Positions 10,943 to 24,987 of a stretch of 64,000 nt of DNA are shown here, piece after piece (position 1 is the first letter of the stretch; each line of letters opens with the position of its first letter). The notes under the pieces are model-generated. The model had not been told where the DNA came from. It did not search any database and worked only from the letters and a program-made list of their open reading frames with translations. This DNA comes from Eledone cirrhosa (Eukaryota). The stretch spans positions 81,778,001-81,842,000 of the forward strand of contig OZ024747.1 in assembly GCA_964016885.1 (NCBI GenBank). The letters are read 5' to 3'. Both the position numbers and the translations under genes were made by a program.

Positions 10943-13900
10943 TAACAATAATAATAACAATAATAATAATAATAAAAATACATATTAGAACACCTTACAA
11001 ATCTGTATGCCTGTATTCAGTTGCACTTTACATATTTAGATTACCTATACAATAAGAAGCTAAGAGAGCTTTCAACATTTTATGCAGCATATCTTGAAAT
11101 ATGAAATGTAATACTACACAATTTGGTTCTTCCTTGCAATAGTAATAGTGTTAGGAATTGTAAAGGTAGTAATTATAATAGTGTTATCACTGAAAGTAAT
11201 TGTCATTGTGTTATTAGTAATTGTAGTGATGCAGGAATTAGAGATATTGTAGTAATAATGGTAGCATTAGTGCTAACTTGACTTTGAGTTAATATCATTG
11301 AGTTAATGTTAAGGATATTATTTATTGTTGCATGATGGTGACTTGGGTTTCTGTTTTTGTGGTATTGGTAGTACGATGGTGGTGGTTACATCAAAAGGTG
11401 TGCCAGAGGCCATAATGGTGTTGACACAGGTCTCTGAGTACTATATATTGAAGTATTGTTGATAAATTATAAATGATGTGGTAATCTAAAATGCTCTCTA
11501 GGTTTCAACAATTCACTGTTTTAAATTTTGTTTTTTGTTAATTCAATGAAACAAAAATGAAGCTGAATACACTCAAATAAAACTTTATGCACAAATATAC
11601 AGCAACCATTATATAGACATACACATATGGAGGTTTATAACTACACACATATAATGCATTTAAATAATACATACACACACTCACACACGATCTTCACAGT
11701 TTCTGTCAAACGAATTGCTTTCACAAGGCATTGATCTGCTTGAGGCTACAGTAGAAGGCATGTTTCCAAGTGATATACCATTGATCGTCAATATTACCAT
11801 GATTAGTATTGATAAGTTCATTTAAATAAACAATGAGGCTGAGAAATAGAAGTTGAAAGCTCTTCTACATAAAGTGTTTGTTAATTTAAAAAATAAGAAA
11901 TATGATTATAGTAGGTGTAGAGTTTATGTCATGGTGAAATAAACAAATGATAGATGTATTTTCCATACCCATAAAGTTTATATGAAAGTGATATGAACAT
12001 GTTATTTAGGAGCCATAGGTTTTTTCATTATTTCAAGGGTCAAGCGAAACAAGATCTAGGGGGTAGTTGCAAATGATTCCATTAGAGAGAAGGGAATGGG
12101 GAAAATGTGAGACAGTAAAGTTTATGAGAGAAGATGAGGGACTTGCATTGAAATTTATTTCTTGACAGGATATGTATTTCTCAGATCCCTAAAAATGTAA
12201 TTGCTTCAGGTTGAGAATGGGGAAAACACTATTCTACACTTTCCCATCCAATGTAAAATAAGTAAATATTTCAACAACTCAATAATCTGAGTTTTAGATA
12301 TAAATGTAGGAATAAGTAACGCCACACATCATCCATGAAAAACAATAATAGTTGTCTATACACATAGAGATACTATGTTTTAATTATAAGATTTCCATTG
12401 ATAATGGGTTTTATATTATTTTCCAACAAAATATTCAGAACACATCATTAACCAACCCACATGAAACTGCCCTTATTAAAGCATTCAAATTTAGATTAAA
12501 ACCCTGACTGACATTTGGTTGGTATATACTAAATAATATTCGATTTCAGTAGTTAAATATTTGTCATTTATTATCAAGTTGAAAGTTATTTCACTAAACA
12601 TGACATAGTTCTTCATTGTTTTGATAATTAAAACACACAGAGAGCATATTCTTGTTGAAAGTATGGTCCCCAAAGGTTTAAATATGGTAGCAAAATGATT
12701 AATCAAATCACAATCCAGATTCCACATCTCTATTATTAGTGCTAATCAACTAGCTCTAATAATACAAGAATACACAAATTAGAATAATATTTCTTAATAC
12801 CAATCCTCAAGCATGCATAAACTGGTGATGAATAAACTTCAGATGGCGAAAGTAATTTGCATATTCAAATGTAACCTTCATGTAGCCTTCATGACTATCT
12901 GTTGGACTGAAGATACAAGTAACATCTTTTATGAGTTAACATAATATTAAGTTAATATAAAGATGTATCAGATTTTATTACATAACCGAAAGCAGAACTA
13001 GATACAGAAATATTAGTTGAAATAAAAGAACTCAACAGCAATAGTCAAAATGTAAAATCAGGTGATTACAAATGAAAAGTAGATACAATACTATCACCAT
13101 GGTTCTGACTTACAATAAAAGCAGCCATAACAAGCACTACTAAAACAATTCCTCAGAGAAAAATAGTGTTTCAGAACATCAGTTGACCTAAAAAAATGTT
13201 TATTTGAAACAAAGGATTAATTAAGAAATTTGAAAATTCTTAAAAACGTTGTGTGTGTGTGTGTGCACACATGCCTATAGATGTGCATATCCTGATGAAC
13301 CAAAGTATGCTATTCTTTACACCTCAGTGATATTTTGTTTAATTTGACCCAGGAGTTTACGCTTTATTATGTCATTTCTGCTGTATAAAACATTTAATTT
13401 GATATCCCATCTAAGTGTTAATAATCAGCTAGATGAATGACAGTCACCCTTAGTTGGCCGGTAGGTTTTTTTTGTTTATTAGTTTTGAAGAACCTCCAAG
13501 ACAAGTGAAACCAATACCATTGATATGCAGTTTTAAAATCTATCGGTTAGAGAAGGAATTTCAAATCTTTGGAGTTCTTCAGAATAATATTTGGTTAAAA
13601 TTGCAGTGTAACATCTGAGAAATATGAACCATAGTAAGTATGATTAAAGTAAAAAGAGTAAAAAGAGTAGTATGTATATCTGGAAGCCTTGGACGGAGGT
13701 AGTATGTTGAGTGAGTCTGGATAGAAGGAGTAAAAGCTACAGAACTACATGTGCCAAACTAATTACCGGCATGATTAAATGTAAGTATTTCATTTTCAAG
13801 CTCCATACTAACTTAACTACAAAGGAAAGAGAATAAATATTTACCATACTTTAAACGACAATTCCTTTATGTAAGTGCATAATAAAATACACAATATCAA

Positions 13901-15502
13901 AATATTTTGCAGCCAGAGTTAAGAAAAGACAGTTTTTATAAACATAAAGAACAATGAGTACACATCTAAGCTTAGTCTGATCTAGATTGTATTCTAATTT
14001 GAGTGATTCCACTTCATTTACATAATACTTTTGAAAAATGTATTCTATTGCTTTAAAAAAAGTGTTAGACATAATGCCAAAACAATGAAGGTTATTTATG
14101 CTGGAAGTTTTACTGTTAATTATGAACTTTCAATGGAGAACTGAGAATAGTGCTTCATGAACATTGAGTACAAATAGAATTGATATGTATTGGGTTAATC
14201 AAAATATATTGAGTGTCCCCAATAATATATGCACAGTATCTAGCATCATAAAATACACCCAGTAGACTCTGAAACTAGTTGTGTTAGTGCCACAATTTAA
14301 TGTCCCAAGTAAGTGGTAGTTCTGGTGCCATGATAAAATGTACCCAGTACTCTAATTGATGGTACAATCTGTAAAGTGATTGGCACTGGGAAAGATATTC
14401 AATTGTAGAAACAATGTCAAAAATGGAATGCCTGAGAAACACATGTTCCTCTGACGCATCTAGTCTCAGACAATCATAACCAGTACAACTCATGCCAACA
14501 TGGAAGGTGATTGTACAATGATGATGTTTATGTATACAAATCATGGGATGTGGGTTTTATATTGTCTATTTATCAAGGTGAGGTTTGTAAGCTGATCATT
14601 CTTGATGCAACAAAATAAGTACACCTGTATTCAGGTTGATTCAATTGACCTGATCATTATTATGGCAGACATTGTATTCATAGAATTCATTTGCATGGTT
14701 ATTGTGATAGTTCGTCATTTAATTAACAAAATGGAAAATTATATCTGAAAATATACAAATCCCTGCTTCTTTCTTCATTGAATTCTTTCTAAAAATTTCA
14801 ACTTGTTTTTAGTTCTGAGAACATCATCAAACTAAACTATAGTAACAGTCCAAGCATCTCTTCTCATAACTAACTCCCACTTCGGTAATAAAATTCATTA
14901 TGCTCTTATCAGTTTAGTTTCCTTTTCCCCTTCAATCACCATTTCTTATATACCTATCTGTCCAATTCTCTATTTTTTTGGTTTTATTTTCCTTATCTAA
15001 GAATGAAATATTTCTGAATTTAGATATGAGATAATTTTAACAAAAAAAAAATAATAATTTATTAAAATTCTAATGAATTTGGACTTAAAATCAATACAAA
15101 AATTTCACACAAATTACAAATCATACAGGAGAGTTAGTACATGTTGATGCATACATTTTATTTACACTCACACACTAAAGTATTCATAGAAAAACAAATA
15201 TATTACTTTCAAGAAAAAATAAAAAGAATTCTTACTACCACTACTATGAATTTGACCCTATCACTACTGCTGGTATTACTATTTCTTTCACCTCTATTGA
15301 GTTACTAAAAGAAGACGACATTTGTAACTGACTAAAATAACTACCATGGAAAAAAGAACTTCCAGATGCAAGTGTCTTCACTTTGAATATTGTAATCAAG
15401 GAATCATTAAATTTTTCATTCTAATGAGTACTATGTTAGTTTATATAGCATACATACATAATACATACATACACTTACACACACACATACATACATACAT
15501 AC

Positions 15503-17621
15503 GGCGATGTCAAAACTGCGATGTCGGAGATGCGACAACTTAGGAGGAATATGACTACAGTCTGGCTGGACTACAGGAAAGCTTTTGATTCTGTTCCCCA
15601 CTCTTGGATGATAGAGGCCCTCCAACTTGCTAAAGTCCCAGACATTATTGTCAGAGCCATAGAGAGGCTGTCTTCTTCTTGGGCTACTATCCTTAGGTTA
15701 AAGACAGAGAGGGAGGACTCTATTTTCACTGATAAAATATTGCAGGGGTATATTTCAGGGGGACAGTCTCTCTGTGATATTATTCATCTTGTCATTAAAC
15801 CCCTTGTCCTTTCTGCTCAAGAAATGTGAGGGATACATCATTGGCTCACAGGAGGACAGAAATACAAACCTAACCCATAATTTCTTTGTGGACGATCTGA
15901 AACTCTATGCCAAGATCATGGATGGGATGAAGAAAAATCTTGACCTGGTTACAACGTTCTCAAAGGATATAGGAATGGAGTTTGGCCAAGATAAATGCTC
16001 ATACATGACTGTAAAGCGGAGAAAAACAACCCAATCTAGCCACATTGTCATCAATAGCCTAACTGTTTCACCGATATCTGATGAGAACTGCTACAGATAC
16101 CTGGGGATAGATGAGAACATATCCTATAATGATATCTGTAATATAGAACGCGTAGCCATGGAATACTACACCCGAGTAAGAAAGATCTGGTCATCGGAAG
16201 TCTCTGCGCAAAACAAAACAGTGGCTCACAATGTGTTTGCTGTGCTTGTCCTAACACCAACGAAATCCGAGCAGTTGATGTTGGAACTCAAAAAATACTG
16301 AACAACACCAGAAACTTCCACATCAACAGTGACATAGACCACCTTTACTTGAAACGTAAGCAGGGAGACAGAGGCCTAACATCAGTCCAGACAACATTTG
16401 AATGTCGCATCATACCTCTCCGACAACATCTACGAACCTCGAAGCATAGGAGCCCGTTTCTCGGGCAAGTCTATCTGCATGAAACATAAGATCATGAGAG
16501 TTGGGAAGGAACTCCTCGAGAGATATTCCCTGTGGGATAATCAAAAACTCACACCCAGGGATGTCGCTCAGCAGTATCGCAGTGAATCCATGGATGAAAA
16601 ACTGCATGCTTATCAGCAAAAAATCATGCATGGATATGTTGCCAGGAAGCTCCAGAGTGAGAGTAATATAGATAAGGAAAGTAGTCTATCTTGGACCAAC
16701 AACCGCTATATTGGCTCCCACTTTGAAGGATATGCTTTTGCAATCCAGGAACAGGAGATTAGCACGAAATACCTGATTCACAAAAGAGATAGGGATGCAG
16801 GCAAAACACCTAGATGTGATAACAAGTGCAGACTGCAGAACTAACATTGAGGTTATCCCCCATGTCATCAGCAGCTGTCCAAAGATGTCATCGCGGTACT
16901 ATCTACCTATGAGGCATGATATAGTGGCCAAAACACTGTACAATGCAGTTCGTAAAAAAGATAGCCCCGATAATAAACATTAAAAGCTACAGCAATGTGG
17001 AGGACATCCATGTACATAATATGAAAGAGTACTTGTGGAATGTTCCAGTAAAAACCCCAATAAAATGCAGGCATAACAGACCAGATATTATGATATGGGA
17101 CAAGGAGAAGAAAGCATGCACAGTAGTGGAAATTAGCTGCCAAGCAGATGCCAATATAATATCAAAGATTAGTGAAAAGGAGAATATTTATGCAGAACTG
17201 ATGAGAAATCTGCAGATACTCCACCCTGATTACACCTTCAGATTTATGCCTGTGATTATAGTAACTGCCTCAATACAAATCTTGAGAAGCTAGTCTTCAC
17301 AGGAACAGAAAGAACACAACTAGTTAGGAAATTACAAGTACAATCCATTAACGGAATAGTAAAAATATGTAAAACATTCCAAAAATGTTGCATCTAATAA
17401 CTGCATATACACATGTACAGATGCAAAGCATACACACATGCACACATACAACTCAAAACATCCACATCCACACATACAATAACATCCATATCTACACATG
17501 CATAGATACATATCTACCTAGTTAATGTTGTGTAAATTCCAATGAGAGAGTCTTGTGTCTATGTTAGAAACCGACTCTCTCTCTATTGGTAAAACTTTGT
17601 GAAATTATAAAACCAGAAGAA
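15503..17621 (+). mobile_element. 5'-truncated R4/Dong-like non-LTR retrotransposon (RT + CCHC + restriction-like endonuclease), frameshifted
   Basis: Motifs WLDYRKAFDSVPHSW, GIFQGDSL, FFVDDLKLY, YRYLGI, AIQEQEI, CRL...HVISSC, RHDIVAK, RPDIMIWDK..VEISC. Flanked on both sides by (ACAT)n. Confidence 0.9.
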
Positions 17622-18139
17622 CATACATACATACATACATACATTCATACACACATACATACATTTTTTCATACATACATATCCTGTGACATCTTCCAGA
17701 TATATAGGTGTCATGAAATGTATATGCCATCTTAATTTTCTGAGCTCACTGGAGTTTCCAAGGCAGCATATTACATTGAACCTAATGTCAGCACTTCACA
17801 TTAATTTTGTTATTGATAGGACTATAGTATAGTAAAAACTTTGTACACAGAATTGCAAGGAGCTGGAACAGATACTGTGAAGTATCCTGTCAGTCACTAT
17901 AACACTTCCATTAATGCACTATTCTGGACTTGTACATATTTATCGACCCCAACTGGATGAAAGCAAAGTTGTCTTGGTAGCATATTGGAATTCAAATCCA
18001 GAGCACAGAGAAAATGAACAAATACTACAAGACATTCTATACAGTATCCTAACAACTTTTTCATATATTCATAGATCTGTAAACATACAAACGCTTGTAT
18101 ATAGCTACATATGTGGTGGTGCTATGGTTCCATAACTCC

Positions 18140-18450
18140 TGATAGAGTCATAGGGTGCCGTATCGACATACAGCATTTCTTGGGCATTTTAAGCTTGGCA
18201 GAGCCCATCCCTCTCCAGGCCTGAGTACAGCAGATTTCTTCCAGAGAAAGATCGAAAGTGAGAGAGAAGAAACGAGAGATATAGAGAAAGAATCAACCCT
18301 AATACGAGACTGGTACTTTTTTTATCAATCTTGAAAGGATGAAAGGCAAAGTTGACCTCGGCGGGATTTGAATTCCGAGAGCAGAGAGCCGGAATGAATA
18401 CCATAAAGCATTCTATCTGATGTTCTAACAATTCTGCCAATTCTCTGCCT
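18140..18450 (-). mobile_element. Older Nin-core SINE with a distinct 3' extension
   Basis: Core aaaggatgaaaggcaaagttgacctcggcgggatttgaa at 18333-18372. The extension resembles 44800-44870. Confidence 0.65.
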
Positions 18451-18546
18451 AGCTATAGATATACATAAACATATATTTAAATATAAATAAACATATTTAT
18501 AGACTCATACACTTCTATAACCAAATAGAGCAAAAGAATATATATA

Positions 18547-19188
18547 TCATCATCATCATCATCATCAACGTTTAACGTCCGTGTTCCACGCTTGCATGGG
18601 TTTGGACGGGGGTAGTCCCACTTGAGGCAAGAGTGATTGTCTTGCTCGCATAGGACTGTCTGGCAGGTTTTCTACAGTTGGATGCCCTTCCTAACACCAA
18701 CCACATTTACAGTGTGGGTCTGGGAGGTTTTTACCGTGTTGCCTACACGGCCACATTACAGCGTGGACTGTGTGTTTTTTTGTCGTGACACCTACACGAT
18801 CTCATTTGTTTCGGCCTGGATGGCGCGGCACCAACATAACTTTACATAGAATGGGGTGGTGTGGATGGGGTTGGGGTGGTGGGACGGGGTGTATTTTGTT
18901 AGAGATGCCTACTGGCTGGAGTAGGTTTTACTATATATTTAAGTAAGGCGGGTCTTCTCTGTTACTGAGTACCGCCAAAGGTCTCGGTCCAGTGACATTG
19001 TCTTGGAGAGGTGTAAGTGTGTGATGTCGGAGTTTATCAGCTCGTCCCAGGTTTTTCTAGGTCTGCCTATTCCGTGACTACCGTCTATCTTTATTGCCCT
19101 GCACTTTGTTATACAGCTATCGACTTTCATGCGCATCACGTGTCCATACCAACGTAGCCTTCTCTCAAGTAAACAACATCTGATCCCT

Positions 19189-19191
<3 letters not shown>
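18547..19191 (-). mobile_element. 5'-truncated RTE LINE, young subfamily
   Basis: (GAT)n tail, 3' UTR and ORF C-terminus RGIRCCLLERRLRWYGHVMR...KTRLT. Nearly identical to 23080-23731. The 5' end abuts a (TA)n run. Confidence 0.95.
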
Positions 19192-19231
<40 letters not shown>

Positions 19232-19844
19232 CCCTTGCTAGCATGGAAGATAGACATTAAACAATGATGATGATTATGATATATATATATAATGTAAGTC
19301 TTCCAAGTGATAGAAATCCAGTGATATCAGTGTAAGTTGAAAATACTGGTGATAAATAATAGAAAACCATTTAATTAATTCTTTCTTATCTTTCCATGGA
19401 AACAAAATCCACAGATATTTTTAAAGCGAGAATAGTACAATTTTCCAGGCAATCTTATTTTCAGAAAATGTTGCTCTTTCAGAGATTTCATGCCAATATA
19501 CTTTGTTTGAAATAAAATAGTTGTTATTTAGCTCCAGCTCAACTCTGATCGAGCAGACCTATGATTAAAGGCATTCCAGACATGACCATCTAGGTATTTT
19601 GTTTGATTTTTTTTTTAAATGTGACAAGAAAAGATCCTCTATATATAGTCACTGCATCTGCTAGAAATAGGAACTGAATCTTTTTTAAATAACATACTAC
19701 CAGCATAATAAATTACTAATATGTGTTGGATAATGTAGCCCTATGTCTGAAAAAAAATGTTTGTTTTCAAGTAAAGCATAGAGAGAAATACCTGTTCATT
19801 TAATTCTTTATTAGCACTTTCTGTTTTTTGTTGTTTAATACATT

Positions 19845-20035
19845 GCTGACACTATGCTAAAATGTACCCAGAGCACCCTGTAAATTGGTAGTGCTGGTAC
19901 TATGAAATGCATGTAGTATACTCTGTAAAACGCTATTGATGGTGTCATGATAAGATGCACCTAATAAACTCAATAAAGTGTAGTAATGCTGATGTTATGA
20001 TAAAATATACTTTGTACACCTTGAAAAATGGAGAT
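19845..20035 (+). repeat. Four diverged tandem units of about 45 bp, related to the RTE/SINE 3' repeats
   Basis: Recurring tgctg...atga.aaaatg.accca...ac.ctgtaaa units. Similar arrays occur at 14230-14380, 31270-31450 and 52170-52340. Confidence 0.6.
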
Positions 20036-20229
20036 GGTGAGTTGGAGGATTAACTGTGTTTGTATATTTAATTTGGGGGAGATTTGATATATATGGTACA
20101 CTTCACTAGTTTAAACTCAGATATATATTATTTTACTGATTTCAATCATTTCATAGTAGTCATGCTGGAACACTACCTTGAAAAATTTTAGTCAAGCATA
20201 TCACCTAACTATTTTATTATCCCCAAGTG

Positions 20230-21260
20230 AGACCAACCAAGCTCTTGTATGTTATCCAACCATCTTCTTCTGGGTCTACTCCTGGGTCTACTGTTGATTT
20301 TGCCTGTAAAATCTATCAAGATATTCTAACCACATGACCACCAAGTGAAAAGCATTGGTATAATTATATATTTATCTAAATTGAAGCAGCTTTAAATAAA
20401 ATATTTAGCTCTGGAAAACAAAGCACCTGCTGCATACTCAAGCACTCAATACATGGTATAGGATATAGAGGGATTGAAGTCATGAAATGATGAGTTCTAA
20501 AATAAAAAAAAAAGGTTACAACATCTGAGTTAATGTAGCTCTATATATGTAACACAGAATAGTAAAAGTAGGGCTACATGTGTATGAGGTGGACTGCAGC
20601 ATGGTAGTGAGACAAGAGGGATTTGAATGCAGAGAATTAAAAAAAAGAGGTAAGCATACTCTGTTTGATGTTAGTGCTTATGGATGCCAGAGTACAAATG
20701 AGCTTAGAGAAATGATGCTGTTTTCCTTATCCCCAGTTAAAAGAAAAACCTTATGCATAAATTTAGCTTTCTTCACCAATGAACTTCTTATCTGTTTAAA
20801 ATGGATGGACAAATTTCTTTTGGTGAAATACTTGATAATATAATCCAAATTGATTAATCTCCAGGTCGCCATATTTTTCACTGCTACAAGTGAAGTTTTG
20901 ATGAGAAGTGAAGGTATACTTCAATCTATATAGCTAGTGACACTTTTGACTGATAGTAGCTATGAAAAACTATTGTGATTTTTGATTGAACATATATTCC
21001 AGATTGCAGTTTAGACAAAGAATCACTGTCCTCTTTATTTCAAAACTCCTTGACAGAAATCAAATGAGAAGAATGCATGCTTTAATAATCTTTGAAGATA
21101 GGACTGCTGGTCAATGGTCTTTTGCTTCTATTTCTTTGTCCAAATCACCTGCTTTTATTATGAATTCCAAATATAAAGAAAATTAAACCTATTATCATCA
21201 TCTCAGATTCTTCATAGGGTCAATCAGCATCAGGCAAGAAACTGAAGATTAACGTATCAG
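20230..21260 (-). mobile_element. Highly decayed RTE-type LINE remnants
   Basis: Minus-strand fragments read GHVVRI...RPRSRPRRRWLDNI (20240-20340) and LDKEIEA (about 21130). There are many stops. Confidence 0.45.
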
Positions 21261-23079
21261 AGATGAAGAAAAATGCTTATAAGAGTGAAATTTCCTTTCT
21301 GGTCAAAAGAAATGCTTTTCTTTTGTGTTTCATTTTTTTTTCTCTCTGTCTCTCATTCTCTCCATCCCTCTCTCTTTGTGTTTGTGCTATTTTCTTACTA
21401 CTCTTATCAAATACAAGGTTATCAGGGCCAATATGCAAGTTTAGGCTGCAAATATATTTAGAGATTCTCTCATATCATTTTAGTAAGATCACACCACCAT
21501 TGCAAAGATATTTTCTTTTTATCGGCTATTAAAATGTTACCAAGAAAAATAATTTTCTTTACAACTCTAATGTTAAAATGTCATTTTAACATTAAATTAC
21601 AAATAAATGGTCCTACTAAAAAGTTACATATTTCCAGTTTTTTTTAGATAGATTGTCCCAACAAAGTTGAATTTGCGCATCTACCCCACTTGTGAGTATG
21701 TGTCTCTGTGAGTGTGTGTGTGTGTGTGTGTGTAGGGTGAGGTGTGTGAAAGCTAATATTAAAATCTGAAATTCAGTGATAATGCCACAGCCAACATGAC
21801 CAATGCCGACACAGATAATGATCATAGAACGACATATTATTATTCAGATGATTATAAGAACAAGGATTGATTATTTTTTTAGTTTTATGACAACGATGAT
21901 TAATCATTCATTCTCTTTGGAAAAAGATTTGATCTTAGAGATGTAAGCAACCAAATTTCTTTCAATTTCCAATTTACTTCATGCTTTGCTACTCGTCATA
22001 TTTCATTCCTTCACTCTTAATTTCTCTCTTGTTAGATAATAATAGAGGGAGTTTGGAGTTAATGAAAGAATATGAATTCATAATATTCTAGTTAAGACAC
22101 TCATGCCTTACTTATTTGACTGTTGATTGACTAATTTATAACCCTTTCATTTTTAATAAAATATAATGTTTATTAATTTCAAATCGTTTTGAAAATAAAC
22201 AAGAATATGGAAAGAATTAATAATTTAACTTAATTATTCATTATTAAGCTACTGTTTTGAGCATAGCTTAACAAAGGTTCTTACATAAAATTAATGAAGG
22301 AAGATATTTACATAAACTACAGCTTCATTTTGTAGAATCAGTGGAAATTTTGAGTGGTGTCTTGGTATCAAAAAGTCTTTAGGCACATATGTTTTATAGA
22401 AGAAAAGTTGATATCAAATTTTCTAAGAGAACTGGTGCCATATGTTCAGTTAACTCTGAACTTACTGTGCTGCATCCCAACATTTGTGACCAATACTGAT
22501 GAAAATAACATTAACCCTTTTGAAACAATGCTACCCGAAACAGCACATGGTTCTACAATGCTAAACTGTTTGTTTTAAAGTATTTATATTTATGTAAAAA
22601 CTTCCTCTCATGATTTTATGAAAGAACCTTTATTAAATTCTGTTCCAAATAACTTAATAATAAGTACTGGGGTCAATATAATTGAATAAATTCCTTTTAA
22701 GCAGTGTACCAGCATGGCCACAGTCAAATAAAACCACATTTATTATTTTATTTTCTCATGAAAATAAAATAATAAAAGAATTGAAGTTATTTTTATGTGA
22801 AATATTAGAGAAATCATCTAGGCAATCAAAAGATTAAAAGAAAAGAAAATTAATTATTGAATTTCAAGGAGGTGAACTGACAAAGTGACTGAAGAAGAAG
22901 AATCATTTTTCTTAATGTAAAATATTGTTTAATTTCTTATAAATTTATATATATTTTACGATATACATTTTTATTTTATTTTTCAATAATTAATTGAAAA
23001 TTTATTCTAAAAATTATATAGTTCACTTGAATTTATACTAATATTCTATAACTTGGTATGAATATTGTTTCATTATATG

Positions 23080-24548
23080 ATCATCATCATCATCATCATC
23101 AACGTTTAACGTCCGTGTTCCACGCTTGCATGGGTTTGGACGGGGGTAGTCCCACTTGAGGCAAGAGTGATTGTCTTGCTCGCATAGGACTGTCTGGCAG
23201 GTTTTCTACAGTTGGATGCCCTTCCTAACACCAACCACATTTACAGTGTGGGTCTGGGAGGTTTTTACCGTGTTGCCTACACGGCCACATTACAGCGTGG
23301 ACTGTGTGTTTTTTTGTCGTGACACCTACACGATCTCATTTGTTTCGGCCTCGATGGCGCGGCACCAACATAACTTTACATAGAACGGGGTGGTGTGGAT
23401 CGGGTGGGGGTGGTGGTGGTGGGACGGGGTGTATTTTGTTAGAGATGCCTACTGGCTGGAGTAGGTTTTACTATATATTTAGGTAAGGCGGGTCTTCTCT
23501 GTTACTGAGTACCGCCAAAGGTCTCGGTCCAGTGACATTGTCTTGGAGAGGTGTAAGTGTGTGATGTCGGAGTTTATCAGCTCGTCCCAGGTTTTTCTAG
23601 GTCTGCCTATTCCGTGACTACCGTCTATCTTTATTGCCCTGCACTTTGTTATACAGCTATCGACTTTCATGCGCATCACGTGTCCATACCAACGTAGCCT
23701 TCTCTCGAGTAAACAACATCTGATCCCTCTTATCTCTAATTTTTTCCTTAGTTCGTTTATGCTTTGCCGTTCACGTATATTACTGTTACACATCCAGCGG
23801 AGCATGCAAGCTTCGTTCCTCTCTAGTCTGCGTATATCCTCTGCACACAATGCCCAGGTCTCACTGCCATGCAGCATTGCTGTTCGTATGCAGGCATCGT
23901 ACAACCTGCCTTTCATTTTTAGTGAGAACCCTTTAGCAGCTAATAGTGGTATAAGCTCTCTGAACTTTTTCCAACCAGTTCTGACTCTAGCTACAGTACT
24001 TTCAGAGCACCCTCCCCCACTGCTGATTTTATCGCCCAGGTAACGGAAGCTGTCCACTATTTCTATAGAACCCTCTGCGCAATTGAAAGAGCTAGTAGTT
24101 TGTGGGCACTTGCTGCTACTTATTGCACCAGAGCACCGGCCACATGTAAAATCTATGTTCTTAGTTAGCTTACCTGTGATCCCACTACATCTTTTATGCA
24201 CCCATACTTTGCATTTAGGACATAAAATGGAGTTTCTACCTACGCCTTTCCTACACACCGAGCACGACCATTTCCCAGAAGGGACCGCCGCCTTGTTTTC
24301 TTTCCTACAAACTAGTACTTTGGTCTTAGCCAGGTTAATTTTAAGTCCTTTTGACTCTAGGCCGTGCTTCCATGTTTGGAATTTCTTCTCTAGCTCGGCC
24401 ATTGATTCCGCTATGAGTGTCAGGTCGTCTGCGTATAGGAGTTCCCATGGGCAGCCTGTCTTGAACTCCTCTGTTATAGCCTGAAGGGCAATAATAAATA
24501 GTAGTGGACTGAGAACAGAGCCCTGATGGACGCCAACTTTTACGCTAA
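23080..24548 (-). mobile_element. 5'-truncated RTE LINE with uninterrupted RT C-terminal frame
   Basis: 307-aa ORF at 23479-24402, preceded in frame by VGVHQGSVLSPLLF and LLYADD. Same 3' UTR and (GAT)n tail as the other copies. Confidence 0.95.
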
Positions 24549-24738
24549 AAAAATATTAATATTTCATAATAAAACAGCAAAGCTGCAATAGGTTTTTAGA
24601 AATTTGAAACAGTAACAATAGCAAGAACCCCACAATTTCCCATACCTTCAAGCAACAAGTGTCATGTTTGTGTAATAATTATAATAGTCTATGTATATAA
24701 GGATTTGTAGGCATGTACAAGAAAATAGAAGTATTTAA

Positions 24739-24987
24739 TCCTTTTAATACCTACCCACCTGAAAACACACCTGGTGTTATCATACAAAACAACTGGTTTT
24801 AAAATATTTAAAGTAAAACAATCCATTACAAGTTTCTGTAAGAAGAGTTTGTTAAGTAATGTTCCAACGTCAGTTTAATAATAAAACTGTTAAGCTATGT
24901 TTCTAAATTTGTTAACATTTTTCATTATTGTCAAAATTAACTGGACCACAGCTTAGAAATTTCTTTAGAAATATCGTAACAAAAGGG
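24739..24987 (+). mobile_element. Older TTAA-flanked piggyBac-type MITE (second family)
   Basis: ttaa-tcctttt...caaaaggg-ttaa. Related left ends occur at 22515 and 55968. Confidence 0.6.
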
